Below are positions 9,392 to 20,652 of a DNA stretch of 64,000 nucleotides, one piece after another. How positions within the stretch are numbered: the stretch's first letter is position 1; every line of letters begins with the position of its first letter. The DNA is taken from assembly GCA_963697755.1 (NCBI GenBank), contig CAVOPE010000001.1:148912-212911 (forward strand), written 5' to 3'. Source of the stretch: an uncultured Gemmatimonadales bacterium (GTDB lineage: Bacteria > Gemmatimonadota > Gemmatimonadetes > Gemmatimonadales > GWC2-71-9). The notes under the pieces are model-generated. The model was given only the letters and a program-made list of their open reading frames with translations. It was not told the origin of the DNA and ran no database searches. A program made the position numbers and the translations under genes.

Positions 9392-9550
9392 CGTCGTCAT
9401 CGCTGCGTCCTGCACGAACGGCCCTTCACCATCGCGGAGGCCGGGGCAGCGCACGACAGGCGCTCGCGGCGCCCGCCGGATTGGGCCACTGCCCCGGTTC
9501 CCGGCGACCGGACAGATGACACCGCGTCCGGCCACGCGCCGAGACCGTGG

Positions 9551-10546
9551 TCACGCGACGCCCGCCGGCGGTGCCAACGCGTCCTCGAGATCCGCGAAGT
9601 CGGGGTCCGGGAGATCGGTGTACACGGGGTTCGACAGATAGCGTTCGCCGAAATCGCAGACGATCGAGACGATCAGCTTGCCCGCGCTTTCCGGCCGCGC
9701 CGCGACCTGGAGCGCGGCCCAGGTGATCGATCCGCTGGAGATGCCGGCGAAGATCGCTTCCTCCCGCGCCAGCCGGCGCGCCGTGGCGATCGCGTCGTCG
9801 TTGCCGACCCGGACGACCTCGTCGTAGATCTTCGTGTCCAGCAGCCCCGGAATGAACCCCGCGCCGATGCCCTGCTGTTTGTGGGGCGATGGCTGGCCGC
9901 CGGACAGCACCGGACTTTCGGCCGGCTCGACCGCGACGATGTGAATGCCTGGCTTGCGCTCCCGCAGATAGCGGCCCGCGCCGGTGATCGTCCCGCCGGT
10001 GCCGACGCCCGCGACGAAGATGTCGACCTTCCCCTCGGTGTCATCCCAGATCTCGGGCCCCGTCGTCCGATAGTGGATGGCGGGGTTGGCCGGGTTGTCG
10101 AACTGCCGCGGCATCCACCCCCGGTCACCGAGCCGGGCGAGGATCTCTTCGGCCCGGGCCATGGCCCCGCGCATGCCTTTGGGGCCCTCCGTGAGGACGA
10201 TCTTGCAGCCGAGGGCGCGCAGCAGGTGACGGCGCTCGACCGTCATGGTCTCGGGCATCGTGAAGATGCAGCGATACCCCCGCGTGGCGGCGACGTACGC
10301 CAGGCCGATCCCGGTGTTGCCCGACGTCGGCTCGACGATGATCATCCCCGGCTTGAGTCGGCCCTTCTCCACGGCGTCGTTGATCATCGCGGCGCCGATG
10401 CGGTCCTTCACCGAGTCGTAGGGGTTGTACCCCTCGTGCTTGATCGCGATGCGGCCCGGCAGCCCTTGGCCCAGCCGGTTGAGCCGGATGAGCGGGGTGT
10501 TGCCCACCGTTTCGGTGACGTCCTGGTAGATCCTGCCGTGCGACAT
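9551..10546 (-). CDS. cysK: Cysteine synthase A (O-acetylserine sulfhydrylase)
   Basis: From the internal [28 protein letters not shown]-lysine motif NPYDSVKDR and the loops SGNTGIGLA and [10 protein letters not shown]. The long N-terminal extension of ORF 9551..11260 is Arg/Gly-rich and overlaps the next gene. Confidence 0.92.
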   Translation of the reverse strand: MSHGRIYQDVTETVGNTPLIRLNRLGQGLPGRIAIKHEGYNPYDSVKDRIGAAMINDAVEKGRLKPGMIIVEPTSGNTGIGLAYVAATRGYRCIFTMPETMTVERRHLLRALGCKIVLTEGPKGMRGAMARAEEILARLGDRGWMPRQFDNPANPAIHYRTTGPEIWDDTEGKVDIFVAGVGTGGTITGAGRYLRERKPGIHIVAVEPAESPVLSGGQPSPHKQQGIGAGFIPGLLDTKIYDEVVRVGNDDAIATARRLAREEAIFAGISSGSITWAALQVAARPESAGKLIVSIVCDFGERYLSNPVYTDLPDPDFADLEDALAPPAGVA

Positions 10547-10593
10547 GGATCCCTCGATGGCGAACGGCTCGCGCGCGCGAGCGACCCGCCAAG

Positions 10594-11706
10594 TTAGCAC
10601 GATGGGACGGAGCGTGTGAAGAGGCGAGCGCAGTCCCTCGCGAGCCGCTCGAGCTCGGCCGCGCCCCATGCCCCCCGATCGGTGAGCCGGTCGAGCAGCG
10701 GACACGGCAACGCGCCGGGGCCGAGTCGGGCCCCGACCATCGCGCCCGCCATGGCCGCCATCGTGTCGGTGTCGCCGCCGACCGCGATGGCGGTGCACAC
10801 CGTCGTCCAGTAGTCCTCCGGCGAGCGCAGGAAGGAGTAGAGACTCCACGCCACGCTCGGCACGACGTACGCCGAGATCCCCCGCCACGGTCGCGTGTGG
10901 CCAGGGTCGAGGCCCGCGGCCCGCAGGCGTTCCGCCGCCGCCGCCGGCGGGTCGGGCAACCACTCCGCCACGAGCGCCAGCGACGCGGCGGTCGCACGGT
11001 CCTCTGCCGCCGCCCACTCCACCACCGTCGCGAGGGCCGCCTCCGCGTCGAGTGGGCCCGGTCCGGTCGCGAGCGCCACCGCGCCAGCCACGGCGACCGC
11101 ACCGGCCGTGCATCGGGGATCGAGATGCGTAATGCGGCTCTGCTCGGCGGCCGCGTGTCGGAGCGCCGCGGGGCGATCGGCCAGGAGCACGCCGAGCGGC
11201 GCGACGCGCATCGCGCTCCCGTTGCCCGCATAAGGCGCCGGCGTGCCGGCATAGCGCCAATCCGTCCCGTCGATCAGCCGCCGCGCCGCGCTCCGGGTGC
11301 CCTGCCCCACGCCCACCTCCCGGCCGTCATGCACGAGGGCGGCCAGGCGCGCCGCGAAGGCCGTCGGACTCCAGCCGCCGGCGTCGCGCAGACTCACGAG
11401 CAGCTCACGGGCGAGCTGGGTGTCGTCGGTGTATTGACCGAAGGGAAAATCCGGATGGGCTTGCTCACCGGCGCGGCCGGTCAGGAGCGTACCCTGCACG
11501 TACGCGGCGGCCGCCTCGGGCGCGGCGGCTTCGACGACGAACCCGAGGGCATCGCCGAGCGCCTGGCCCAGCAGCGCGCCGACCAGGCGTTCCGCGGTCA
11601 GGAGTGTCAGGCTGCCTGGAGCGGGAGGCAAAGGATGCGCGTGATCGCGGTGTCGCAGGTTGGGCTCAGGTGCTGCGCAATGACCACGAGATCGAAGGCG
11701 GTACAA
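10594..11706 (-). CDS. ADP-ribosylglycohydrolase family protein (DraG-like)
   Basis: Motifs [34 protein letters not shown] and [19 protein letters not shown]. The start is uncertain: only TTG codons are available (11706 or 11631). Confidence 0.8.
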   Translation of the reverse strand: MYRLRSRGHCAAPEPNLRHRDHAHPLPPAPGSLTLLTAERLVGALLGQALGDALGFVVEAAAPEAAAAYVQGTLLTGRAGEQAHPDFPFGQYTDDTQLARELLVSLRDAGGWSPTAFAARLAALVHDGREVGVGQGTRSAARRLIDGTDWRYAGTPAPYAGNGSAMRVAPLGVLLADRPAALRHAAAEQSRITHLDPRCTAGAVAVAGAVALATGPGPLDAEAALATVVEWAAAEDRATAASLALVAEWLPDPPAAAAERLRAAGLDPGHTRPWRGISAYVVPSVAWSLYSFLRSPEDYWTTVCTAIAVGGDTDTMAAMAGAMVGARLGPGALPCPLLDRLTDRGAWGAAELERLARDCARLFTRSVPSC

Positions 11707-11771
11707 TCGGCGGGTGGCGAGACTCCGGTTGGCATGATGCCCGCGGGGAGAGCGAGTCTTCTAGAAGAAAA

Positions 11772-11858
11772 CGGACAGGGAGGGATTCGAACCCTCGAAA
11801 CCGTTGCCGGTTTACCGGTTTTCGAGACCGGCTCCTTCAGCCACTCGGACACCTGTCC
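11772..11858 (-). tRNA. tRNA-Ser (anticodon CGA)
   Basis: The minus strand reads GGACAGGTGTCCGAGTGGCTGAAGGAGCCGGTCTCGAAAACCGGTAAACCGGCAACGGTTTCGAGGGTTCGAATCCCTCCCTGTCCG. It has a 7-bp acceptor stem, anticodon loop CUCGAAA, a long variable arm and a GGTTCGAATCC T-loop. No CCA is encoded. Confidence 0.9.
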
Positions 11859-11887
11859 TGACCTGCCGCTGTCGGGCGCGAAGTGTA

Positions 11888-14104
11888 TCACCGCCGCGGG
11901 TGATTTTCCAGCGTCTGTCCGCCCCCATCCTCCGTCGCAACCGCCCCATGCCCCCGGGTCCACCGGTCGACCGCGTCGTGCAGCGTCTTGAGTTGCCGTG
12001 ACAGCCGGGTGGCGCGTCCCTGAAGCAGCGGCGGGACCTCGGGACCCGACGGAATCGGCACGTCGCGAAAGGGCGCGGGGGAACGCGATTCGGCCAAGGC
12101 CTCCGTCAGATCGTCCAGGCCGGCTCGTAGGCCCTGCGCGAACGGGCCGAGTGCCTCGGCCGGCGGCGCGTCGACCGAGTGCCGGCTGAGGGCCAGTGCC
12201 GCGATCGACGCGGTGAACCGCCGGGCGTACGTGAGGAGGGTCATTACGGACGCGAGCTCCTGCGGAGCTCCGCGGTGCTCTCCCAGCAGGCGCTGGAACG
12301 ATTCGTCCGCATTGAGGATCGCGAGCCCCGCCGCACGCCGTGACTCGCGGAGGGTCCGCCCGGCGGACTCACCGCGATCTCCGAAGCGCGCGATCGTCAT
12401 GTCGAAGTAGCGTCGCATTGCTCGGATCATTGCGGCGAGGTAACCGGGAAGCCGGTCGACCTCCGGACTGGGCCAGAGCAGCCGGCTCCCGGCGAGCGCC
12501 AGAGCGCCACCCAACACAGTGTTGAGGACTCGGATCCCCACCAAGTGCCAGTCGCCCGCGTTCGCCTCCGCGACGAGCACGAAGGTAGGAGTAAGGAAGA
12601 CCGAGAATGCAGCGTAGTTGAGCGGCAACAGCGCCACCGATACGCCCGAGAACACGAATGCGAGCGCCAGGATGGCGAGCGGGTGATGAAACAGGGCCGC
12701 GAGTCCGGCGGTCAGCGCGCCGCCCAGAATCGTGCCGAGCACGCGCTCGAGGGCGCGTTGCGTCGTGGCGCCGGTGTACGGCTGCAAGATGATGACCGCC
12801 GTGATCGTGACCCAATAGCCTCGCTCGAGCCCGAGCGCGGCGGTCAACGCCACGGCGGCCGACGTGACCAGGGCGACACGCAACGCGTGCCGTAGGACGA
12901 CGGAGTCGCCCGCCAGCGCCGCGCGCACCGGCGCGAGGAGCGGCGGCCGGGATTCAGGATCCTCCACCTCGAGCGGACGCGCCACTGCGTCGGCCGGCAC
13001 GCCCCGGTTGAGTCCGGCGACAGTCGCCGCGGCAACGCCGGCGTACTGCGCCGCGCGGTCGAGCAGCTCGGCGGCGTGGCGGTAGTTCGCGAACTCGTCC
13101 GTGACCTTCTCCCCCACGGCGTCCCGGGTGAGCGCGGCCCGGACCGTCTCGCCCCGCCAACCGACCTCGACCGGGGCGGCGTGGCGCTCCGCCTCGGTCG
13201 CCGCGGCGATTCCCCGGGCGGTCACCGCCACCGCGGAGGCCGTGGCGGCGAGCGCCTCCTCGGCCGCGGGGAGCCGCGCCGCAGGTGGCACCGTCTCGAT
13301 CACATCGCTCAAGGCGAACAAGTGGCCGAACATCTGATCCGCGACCTCGCCCAGCACGACCAGCCGCTCGCCGCGTCCGCTTTCGCCCGGCCGCCCACGG
13401 CGCACGGTGGCCAGCGCGGCACGGGCCGTCTCGAGCGCCGCCCGGACGCGGACGGCGCCCGGCTCCCTCGCGACGGATGTCGGCGCCGCGACGTCGTCCG
13501 CGTACGCCGCCACGGCGCGATAGGCGTCCGCCACGGCCAACCGGACGGGACGGTACGGGCGCAGCGGCCAGAACACGAGAGAGAGCAGCATGGCCCACAG
13601 CCCGCCCGCGACCACGAACCCCGCGCGGCTGAGCGCGGCCTCGGGCGTCGCGGGCGGGTAGCTGAGAGAGATGACGTAGATGTTGAGTACGGAGACGGCG
13701 ACGCTCGACCCGGCGTTCCCGTAGGCTCGGCCGAGGCTGACGATGAGGGCGACCGCGAAGGTAAGCGGGACCGCGAGCAGTGGGTGGGTGGCGGCAAGCG
13801 CCCCCGCGGCGGCTGCTCCCGCCCCGGCAATCGAGAGCACGGCGATCGTCGCCGCGCGGGTCCGATAGGGGCCACCCTTGTCGGCCAACGCCCCGGTGAA
13901 CCCGGCGAGGCTCATCCAGGTGCCGCCGCCGAGCTTGAGGACGTAGTCGAGGGCGAGTGGCGCCGCGGTCGCGATGGCGGCGCGCAGCCCGGCCGCGTAC
14001 GCCGGGCGCGCGGGCGCCAGCGTCGCCGCCGCGCGCACCCCGGTCAGCGCCCGGCGGAACGGAGCCAGCGGCGGCGAGGGCTGGCCGGGATCGGCGACGC
14101 TCAT
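11888..14104 (-). CDS. FUSC/YccS-family integral membrane protein (aromatic acid exporter-like)
   Basis: 738 aa with two blocks of hydrophobic helices separated by a soluble linker. The second block, RHALRVALVTSAAVALTAALGLERGYWVTITAVIILQPYTGATTQRALERVLGTILGG, is typical of the FUSC family. Confidence 0.75.
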   Translation of the reverse strand: MSVADPGQPSPPLAPFRRALTGVRAAATLAPARPAYAAGLRAAIATAAPLALDYVLKLGGGTWMSLAGFTGALADKGGPYRTRAATIAVLSIAGAGAAAAGALAATHPLLAVPLTFAVALIVSLGRAYGNAGSSVAVSVLNIYVISLSYPPATPEAALSRAGFVVAGGLWAMLLSLVFWPLRPYRPVRLAVADAYRAVAAYADDVAAPTSVAREPGAVRVRAALETARAALATVRRGRPGESGRGERLVVLGEVADQMFGHLFALSDVIETVPPAARLPAAEEALAATASAVAVTARGIAAATEAERHAAPVEVGWRGETVRAALTRDAVGEKVTDEFANYRHAAELLDRAAQYAGVAAATVAGLNRGVPADAVARPLEVEDPESRPPLLAPVRAALAGDSVVLRHALRVALVTSAAVALTAALGLERGYWVTITAVIILQPYTGATTQRALERVLGTILGGALTAGLAALFHHPLAILALAFVFSGVSVALLPLNYAAFSVFLTPTFVLVAEANAGDWHLVGIRVLNTVLGGALALAGSRLLWPSPEVDRLPGYLAAMIRAMRRYFDMTIARFGDRGESAGRTLRESRRAAGLAILNADESFQRLLGEHRGAPQELASVMTLLTYARRFTASIAALALSRHSVDAPPAEALGPFAQGLRAGLDDLTEALAESRSPAPFRDVPIPSGPEVPPLLQGRATRLSRQLKTLHDAVDRWTRGHGAVATEDGGGQTLENHPRR

Positions 14105-14206
14105 CCCCGGAACATAGGCAGGGTCGGAGCCTCGCCCCGGGGGCGGCGTTTTAGCGAAGGAAGTTGACGAACCCCGCCTGGTTGGTCACGGCAGAGGGCC
14201 GATCGC

Positions 14207-14644
14207 TCAGAGCGCCAGGCGCCGGCTCTGAAAGAATCGCTTGAGCAGCTCCGCGCAGTCCTCGCCGAACAGTCCGCCCACGACCTCGGGGCGATGATTC
14301 ATCCGGGGGTGGCGCAGCAGGTCGTACACGGAACCGGCCATGCCCACCCGGAGGTCCTGCGCGCCGTACACGACGCGGCCGACCTTGGCCAGGACGATCG
14401 CGCCGGCGCACTGTGCGCACGGCTCCAGTGTCACGTACAGCGTGGCGAACGGCAGCCGGTCCTCGCCCGCCTTGTGCAGGGCGCGGTGGATGGCGAGCAG
14501 CTCCGCGTGGGCCGTGGGATCCCGGCGCTGCAACGTCTCGTTGTGGGCTTCGGCGAGGACCTCCCCGTCGGCCATGATCACCGCGCCGATCGGCACTTCC
14601 TCCCGCACCGACGCTGCGCGCGCCAGGCGCAACGCGGCCTGCAT
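14207..14644 (-). CDS. tadA: tRNA-specific adenosine deaminase
   Basis: CDA-fold zinc motifs HAELLAI and PCAQCAG. The C-terminus is VVYGAQDLRVGMAGSVYDLL. I prefer the ATG at 14644 (MQAALRLARAA), which avoids overlapping the clpB 3' end. Confidence 0.85.
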   Translation of the reverse strand: MQAALRLARAASVREEVPIGAVIMADGEVLAEAHNETLQRRDPTAHAELLAIHRALHKAGEDRLPFATLYVTLEPCAQCAGAIVLAKVGRVVYGAQDLRVGMAGSVYDLLRHPRMNHRPEVVGGLFGEDCAELLKRFFQSRRLAL

Positions 14645-14675
14645 GCCCTGCAGGTCGCTGGGCGATGGAGTTCCC

Positions 14676-17300
<2,625 letters not shown>

Positions 17301-17419
17301 GAGCAACCTCGTATGCGTTCAGGCAGCGGTCGTTCGCTGACCCGCTCCCCAGCAACCGACATACCGCAAAGTGCTGCCACTTTGGCAGCGAAGGCCCGCG
17401 GGCTGAGGCTCGAAAGCAC

Positions 17420-17449
17420 GAGAGGGACGGCCATCGGGCCGCCCCTCTC
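17420..17449 (-). terminator. Hairpin overlapping the stop of the small secreted-protein gene (possible intrinsic terminator upstream of clpB)
   Basis: gagagggacggcc (17420-17432), atcg, ggccgcccctctc (17437-17449). The stem is 13 bp with 1 mismatch and is followed on the minus strand by GUGCUUUCG. Confidence 0.4.
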
Positions 17450-17903
17450 ACTGTTGGCTGGTGACTCGCTTCTGGGCGATCATCTTCCGGGTATACCGCT
17501 CGCCGTCCACCGTGAGCTGGTAGTAGTAGACCCCCGGGGTCGCTTCCCGCTGACCGTCCAGATACTTCCCGTCCCAATAGGCCTGGTACTCGCCACATCG
17601 GAGCCGCAGACTGTCCAACCGCTCCGCGGGAGCCGGGCGGGCACCCGCCCCATTCGTCAACACCGGCACCGCCACCACCTGCACGAGCACATTGTAGATC
17701 TTCAGGCTGACGACCGGCTGATGCCCTCGTGCGCACACCTCCTGGGAAATCAGGAAGGGAATCGTCGTCGTCGGGAAAAACGGATTGGGGTAGTTCTCCT
17801 TCAGCTCGACGCGAGGCGGAATCACGTTTGCCTGCGCAGCCACCGGGGTGCCGACGCCCACCAGCAGGCCGAGCCACCACCCCGGCCTCACCAAACGGAC
17901 CAT
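17448..17903 (-). CDS. Small secreted protein consisting of a signal peptide plus a single T9SS-type/FlgD-Ig-like C-terminal domain
   Basis: MVRLVRPGWWLGLLVGVGTPVAAQA signal. Hallmark ENYPNPFFPTTTIPF ... LKIYNVLVQVV ... YWDGKYLDGQREATPGVYYYQLTVDGERYTRKMI. The ATG is preceded by a GAGGAG RBS. Confidence 0.7.
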   Translation of the reverse strand: MVRLVRPGWWLGLLVGVGTPVAAQANVIPPRVELKENYPNPFFPTTTIPFLISQEVCARGHQPVVSLKIYNVLVQVVAVPVLTNGAGARPAPAERLDSLRLRCGEYQAYWDGKYLDGQREATPGVYYYQLTVDGERYTRKMIAQKRVTSQQ

Positions 17904-18020
17904 GGGCGCTCCTCAGCTTACGAATTGTCGAACGGTTGGCACCTCCACGCTAGAACGGACCGACAGGGTGAATAACTATGCGAACGCTATTCCAAACATG
18001 GCGGCCTAAAAGCCGCAGTG

Positions 18021-19862
18021 TCAAGCGTTCCGGAGCCGCCGCCGATCGCCGACGCGCTCGGTGATGCCCTTCGCGTCGGCCCATTCCAGGAGCGGGATCA
18101 TGAACTTCCGGCTGATGCCCAGCCGGTCCCGCAGATCGGCCGGCGCGATCAGACTGTCGCGACCCAATTCGGCGAGGGTCGCCCTGAACCGCTCCAGCGC
18201 GGGACGCGCGTAGTACCGGCTGCGTTCCACGGCCTCCACGCGGCCGCTCCGCGCGGCGAGCCGCAGAATGGCGTCGATGTCCCGGCGGCCGGTCTGGCGC
18301 TCGAGCTCGGGCAAGCTCGGCGGGCTCAGCTCGGCCTCCTCCAGGATGCGGACGACACGGTCGACTTCGGCATCGCCGCCCTGCACGCGCGGCACGAAAC
18401 CCGAGAGCAGGGCGACACCATCGAGCACCCGAATCCGGCCCGCCGCCGCCGCGTCGGACACCGCGCGCTCGACCACCGGCTGGGGCGCCCGGAGGCCGTG
18501 TCGGAGAGTCTCGAGCGGCATGCCCCGCTCGGCGGGGTTGGCGCGGTGGAACGCCTTGAGCGCCGCCACGATGCGCCCCGTTACCTCGTCCAACACCTCC
18601 ACCCGAATCCAGACATCCCCGACCTCCTGCGCCCCGGGATGGGCCCGGGCAACCGCTAGCGCATCCGCGACGGGAACGCCGAGGAGGAGTGGAAGCTCGG
18701 CGGCGAGCAGGCCACCAGGTCGGCGATCGAGCAACGCAGCGAAGTGCTCCGACGCGGCTTCGGACGCGAGTCCGGCCGGCCAGAGCGTGCGTCGGCGGGG
18801 TGGAAGCGGGTCGAGCACTCGCCCTCCGCCTATCGTGCCGACCGGGCTGAAGCTCCGGAGCACCAGGCGGTCCCCCGCACGGGCGACCACGGGGTCCTCG
18901 AGCGCCAGGCGGGCGAGCCCTCCGCTTCCAGGGGTGATTGGCGTCCGCGGGTGCACCCGGGCCATGACTTCGGCCGTGCCAAGGTGCACGCGGACTCGGC
19001 TTCGCAGCACGAGCGAGCGGGGAGCGTCGGCCTGGAGGCGCAGCTCGACGTCCAGCGCCCGCGTCGCCTGCCAGGGCGCGTCGGCCGCGACCAGCCAGCT
19101 GCCGCGCTGCGCGGCTTCCCGCGTCACCCCCGCCAGCCCGACAGCGGTCCGCGCGCCGGGCTCGCTCGACGAGAGCGCGCGCCCGTACGTCTCGATCGAG
19201 CGCACCCGACCCACGCCACCGGACGGCAGCAGTCGAACGGCATCCCCCGTTGCGACCCGGCCGGACCAGGCCGTGCCCGTCACCACCGTGCCCACGCCGG
19301 CCACGGAGAACGATCGATCCACCGGGAGGCGGAAAAGGTCCGTGCCTCGACGCGGCTCGAGCCGAGCCGCCCTGGCCGCGAGCCTGCCGCGTAGCTCGTC
19401 CAGGCCGGCGCCGGTACGGACCGACGTCGCCACGGGCGGCTCGAAGCCGAGCGGTGACGGGGCCAGCCATTCGGACACCTCGGCCAACACCAGCTCGAGC
19501 CACTCCGGCTCGACGAGATCGGCCTTGGTGACGACCGGAATCGCGGCCGGCACCCCCAGGTGCTCGAGCACGGCGAGGTGCTCGATCGTCTGCGGCATCA
19601 GGCCTTCGTCGGCGGCGATGACGAGCAGGGCGACATCGATGCCCGACGCGCCGGCCACCATCGTCCTCACGAAGTCTTCGTGCCCCGGCACGTCCACCAC
19701 CCCGGCGACCAAGCCTCCCGGCAACGGCAACGGGGCGAAGTTGAGGTCGATCGTGATCCCGCGCCGCCGCTCCTCCGCCAGGCGATCCATCGCCTGACCG
19801 GTGAGCGCGGCGACGAGTGCCGACTTGCCGTGATCGATGTGCCCCGCCGTGCCGATGATCAT
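18021..19862 (-). CDS. selB: Selenocysteine-specific translation elongation factor
   Basis: From the internal ATG: MIIGTAGHIDHGKSALVAALTG..DRLAEERRRGITIDL..DVPGHEDF..TKADL (GTPase G1-G4, SelB-type). C-terminal winged-helix region ...LRDRLGISRKFMIPLLEWADAKGITERVGDRR. ATGA overlap with the recO stop. Confidence 0.88.
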   Translation of the reverse strand: MIIGTAGHIDHGKSALVAALTGQAMDRLAEERRRGITIDLNFAPLPLPGGLVAGVVDVPGHEDFVRTMVAGASGIDVALLVIAADEGLMPQTIEHLAVLEHLGVPAAIPVVTKADLVEPEWLELVLAEVSEWLAPSPLGFEPPVATSVRTGAGLDELRGRLAARAARLEPRRGTDLFRLPVDRSFSVAGVGTVVTGTAWSGRVATGDAVRLLPSGGVGRVRSIETYGRALSSSEPGARTAVGLAGVTREAAQRGSWLVAADAPWQATRALDVELRLQADAPRSLVLRSRVRVHLGTAEVMARVHPRTPITPGSGGLARLALEDPVVARAGDRLVLRSFSPVGTIGGGRVLDPLPPRRRTLWPAGLASEAASEHFAALLDRRPGGLLAAELPLLLGVPVADALAVARAHPGAQEVGDVWIRVEVLDEVTGRIVAALKAFHRANPAERGMPLETLRHGLRAPQPVVERAVSDAAAAGRIRVLDGVALLSGFVPRVQGGDAEVDRVVRILEEAELSPPSLPELERQTGRRDIDAILRLAARSGRVEAVERSRYYARPALERFRATLAELGRDSLIAPADLRDRLGISRKFMIPLLEWADAKGITERVGDRRRLRNA

Positions 19863-20620
19863 GCCGCGATCCAGGGACGGCGGAGCCAGAAGTCGAGCGC
19901 CGGCAGTTCCGCTCCCTCGGCCAGGTGGTATCGGACATAGCGGGCGAGGAGGCGCCGGTGCGCTGCCCCATGGCGGTCGTCCAACATCGGCAGGGCCGCG
20001 TCCGGATCGAGCAGTGCCGCCAGGTCGGCGCGGGCGTCGGCGGGGAGCTGGGTCGCACCGTGTTCCGCGGCGCACGCGGGGCAGAGGGCGCCACCCTCGC
20101 GGGTGTTGAACGGCAGCGCGCCGTCGTCCGGGAGCACCCGGCCGTCCCGCACGCAGGCATCGAGCGACGGCGCGAACCCGAGCACGCTCACGAGATGCCA
20201 GAGCACCCGAAACGCCAGGGCATCGAGCTCGGCCGCCGGCGCCGCCTCGAGCGCATGCAACGCGTCGCGAAACAGGTCGTAGCTGTCGGGATGGGGATCC
20301 GCCGGGGCGAAGTGCAGCATCACCTCCGCAAGCGCGGTCGCCGTCGCATAGCGTGCCAGATCCGCGGCCAGGCCGACGTGGAGGTGGACGAGATCGAATG
20401 CCGTGAGCACGTGCAGCTCCCGGTGCTCCTTGGCCAGGTATTGGGCCTGGCCCTCGCTCAGGAGCTGGAGCGCGCCGCCGAAGCGGCTCTTGGGCCGGAG
20501 CGCGCCTTTGGCGATGGCGCTCTGGACCCCGTGCTCCCGGGTGGCGAGGCGCACGATCTTGGAGGTCTCGCTGTAGCGGAGCGCGGACAGCACGATCGCC
20601 GGTGAGATGACCAGGGCCAT
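19859..20620 (-). CDS. recO: DNA repair protein RecO
   Basis: MALVISPAIVLSALRYSETSKIVRLATREHGVQSAIAKGALRPKSRFGGALQLLS (OB-fold N-domain) and a Cys-containing zinc-finger region CVRDGRVL...GGALCPACA. Confidence 0.85.
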   Translation of the reverse strand: MALVISPAIVLSALRYSETSKIVRLATREHGVQSAIAKGALRPKSRFGGALQLLSEGQAQYLAKEHRELHVLTAFDLVHLHVGLAADLARYATATALAEVMLHFAPADPHPDSYDLFRDALHALEAAPAAELDALAFRVLWHLVSVLGFAPSLDACVRDGRVLPDDGALPFNTREGGALCPACAAEHGATQLPADARADLAALLDPDAALPMLDDRHGAAHRRLLARYVRYHLAEGAELPALDFWLRRPWIAA

Positions 20621-20652
20621 CGCACAAAGATATCCTCGCCGCCGGTGGGGCC

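Noticed and set aside
10547-11260. Long N-terminal extensions of real genes in the ORF track. Examples are cysK to 11260, selB to 20702, hprK to 36777, ribE to 40698, deoB to 56445 and BFN to 29095.
   Set aside because: The extensions are Arg/Gly-rich, overlap the upstream conserved gene and precede the point where family homology begins. Internal ATG/GTG starts that abut or overlap the upstream stop fit much better.
11772-11858. The possibility that the tRNA near selB is tRNA-Sec.
   Set aside because: The anticodon loop reads CUCGAAA (anticodon CGA, serine). The acceptor stem is the standard 7 bp rather than the 8 bp expected for tRNA-Sec. The gene is also 6 kb away from selB.
10594-14104. 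A genomic island integrated at tRNA-Ser.
   Set aside because: There is no integrase, recombinase or phage gene on either side. I see no visible GC-content shift, and I spotted no direct repeat of the tRNA 3' end. The flanking genes are ordinary metabolic and membrane genes.
14105-14206. A GC hairpin followed by TTTT (ctcgccccgggggcggcgtttta), read as a plus-strand terminator in the tadA-FUSC spacer.
   Set aside because: The stem is only 4-6 bp with a minimal loop. No plus-strand gene ends upstream of it, and on the relevant minus strand the T-run precedes rather than follows the stem.
17361-17389. A sigma-54 promoter upstream of clpB (minus strand TGGCAGCACTTTGC).
   Set aside because: The GG and GC dinucleotides are separated by 9 nt rather than the strictly required 10. 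The -24 element is TGGCAG rather than TGGCAC. No enhancer-binding protein gene is nearby.
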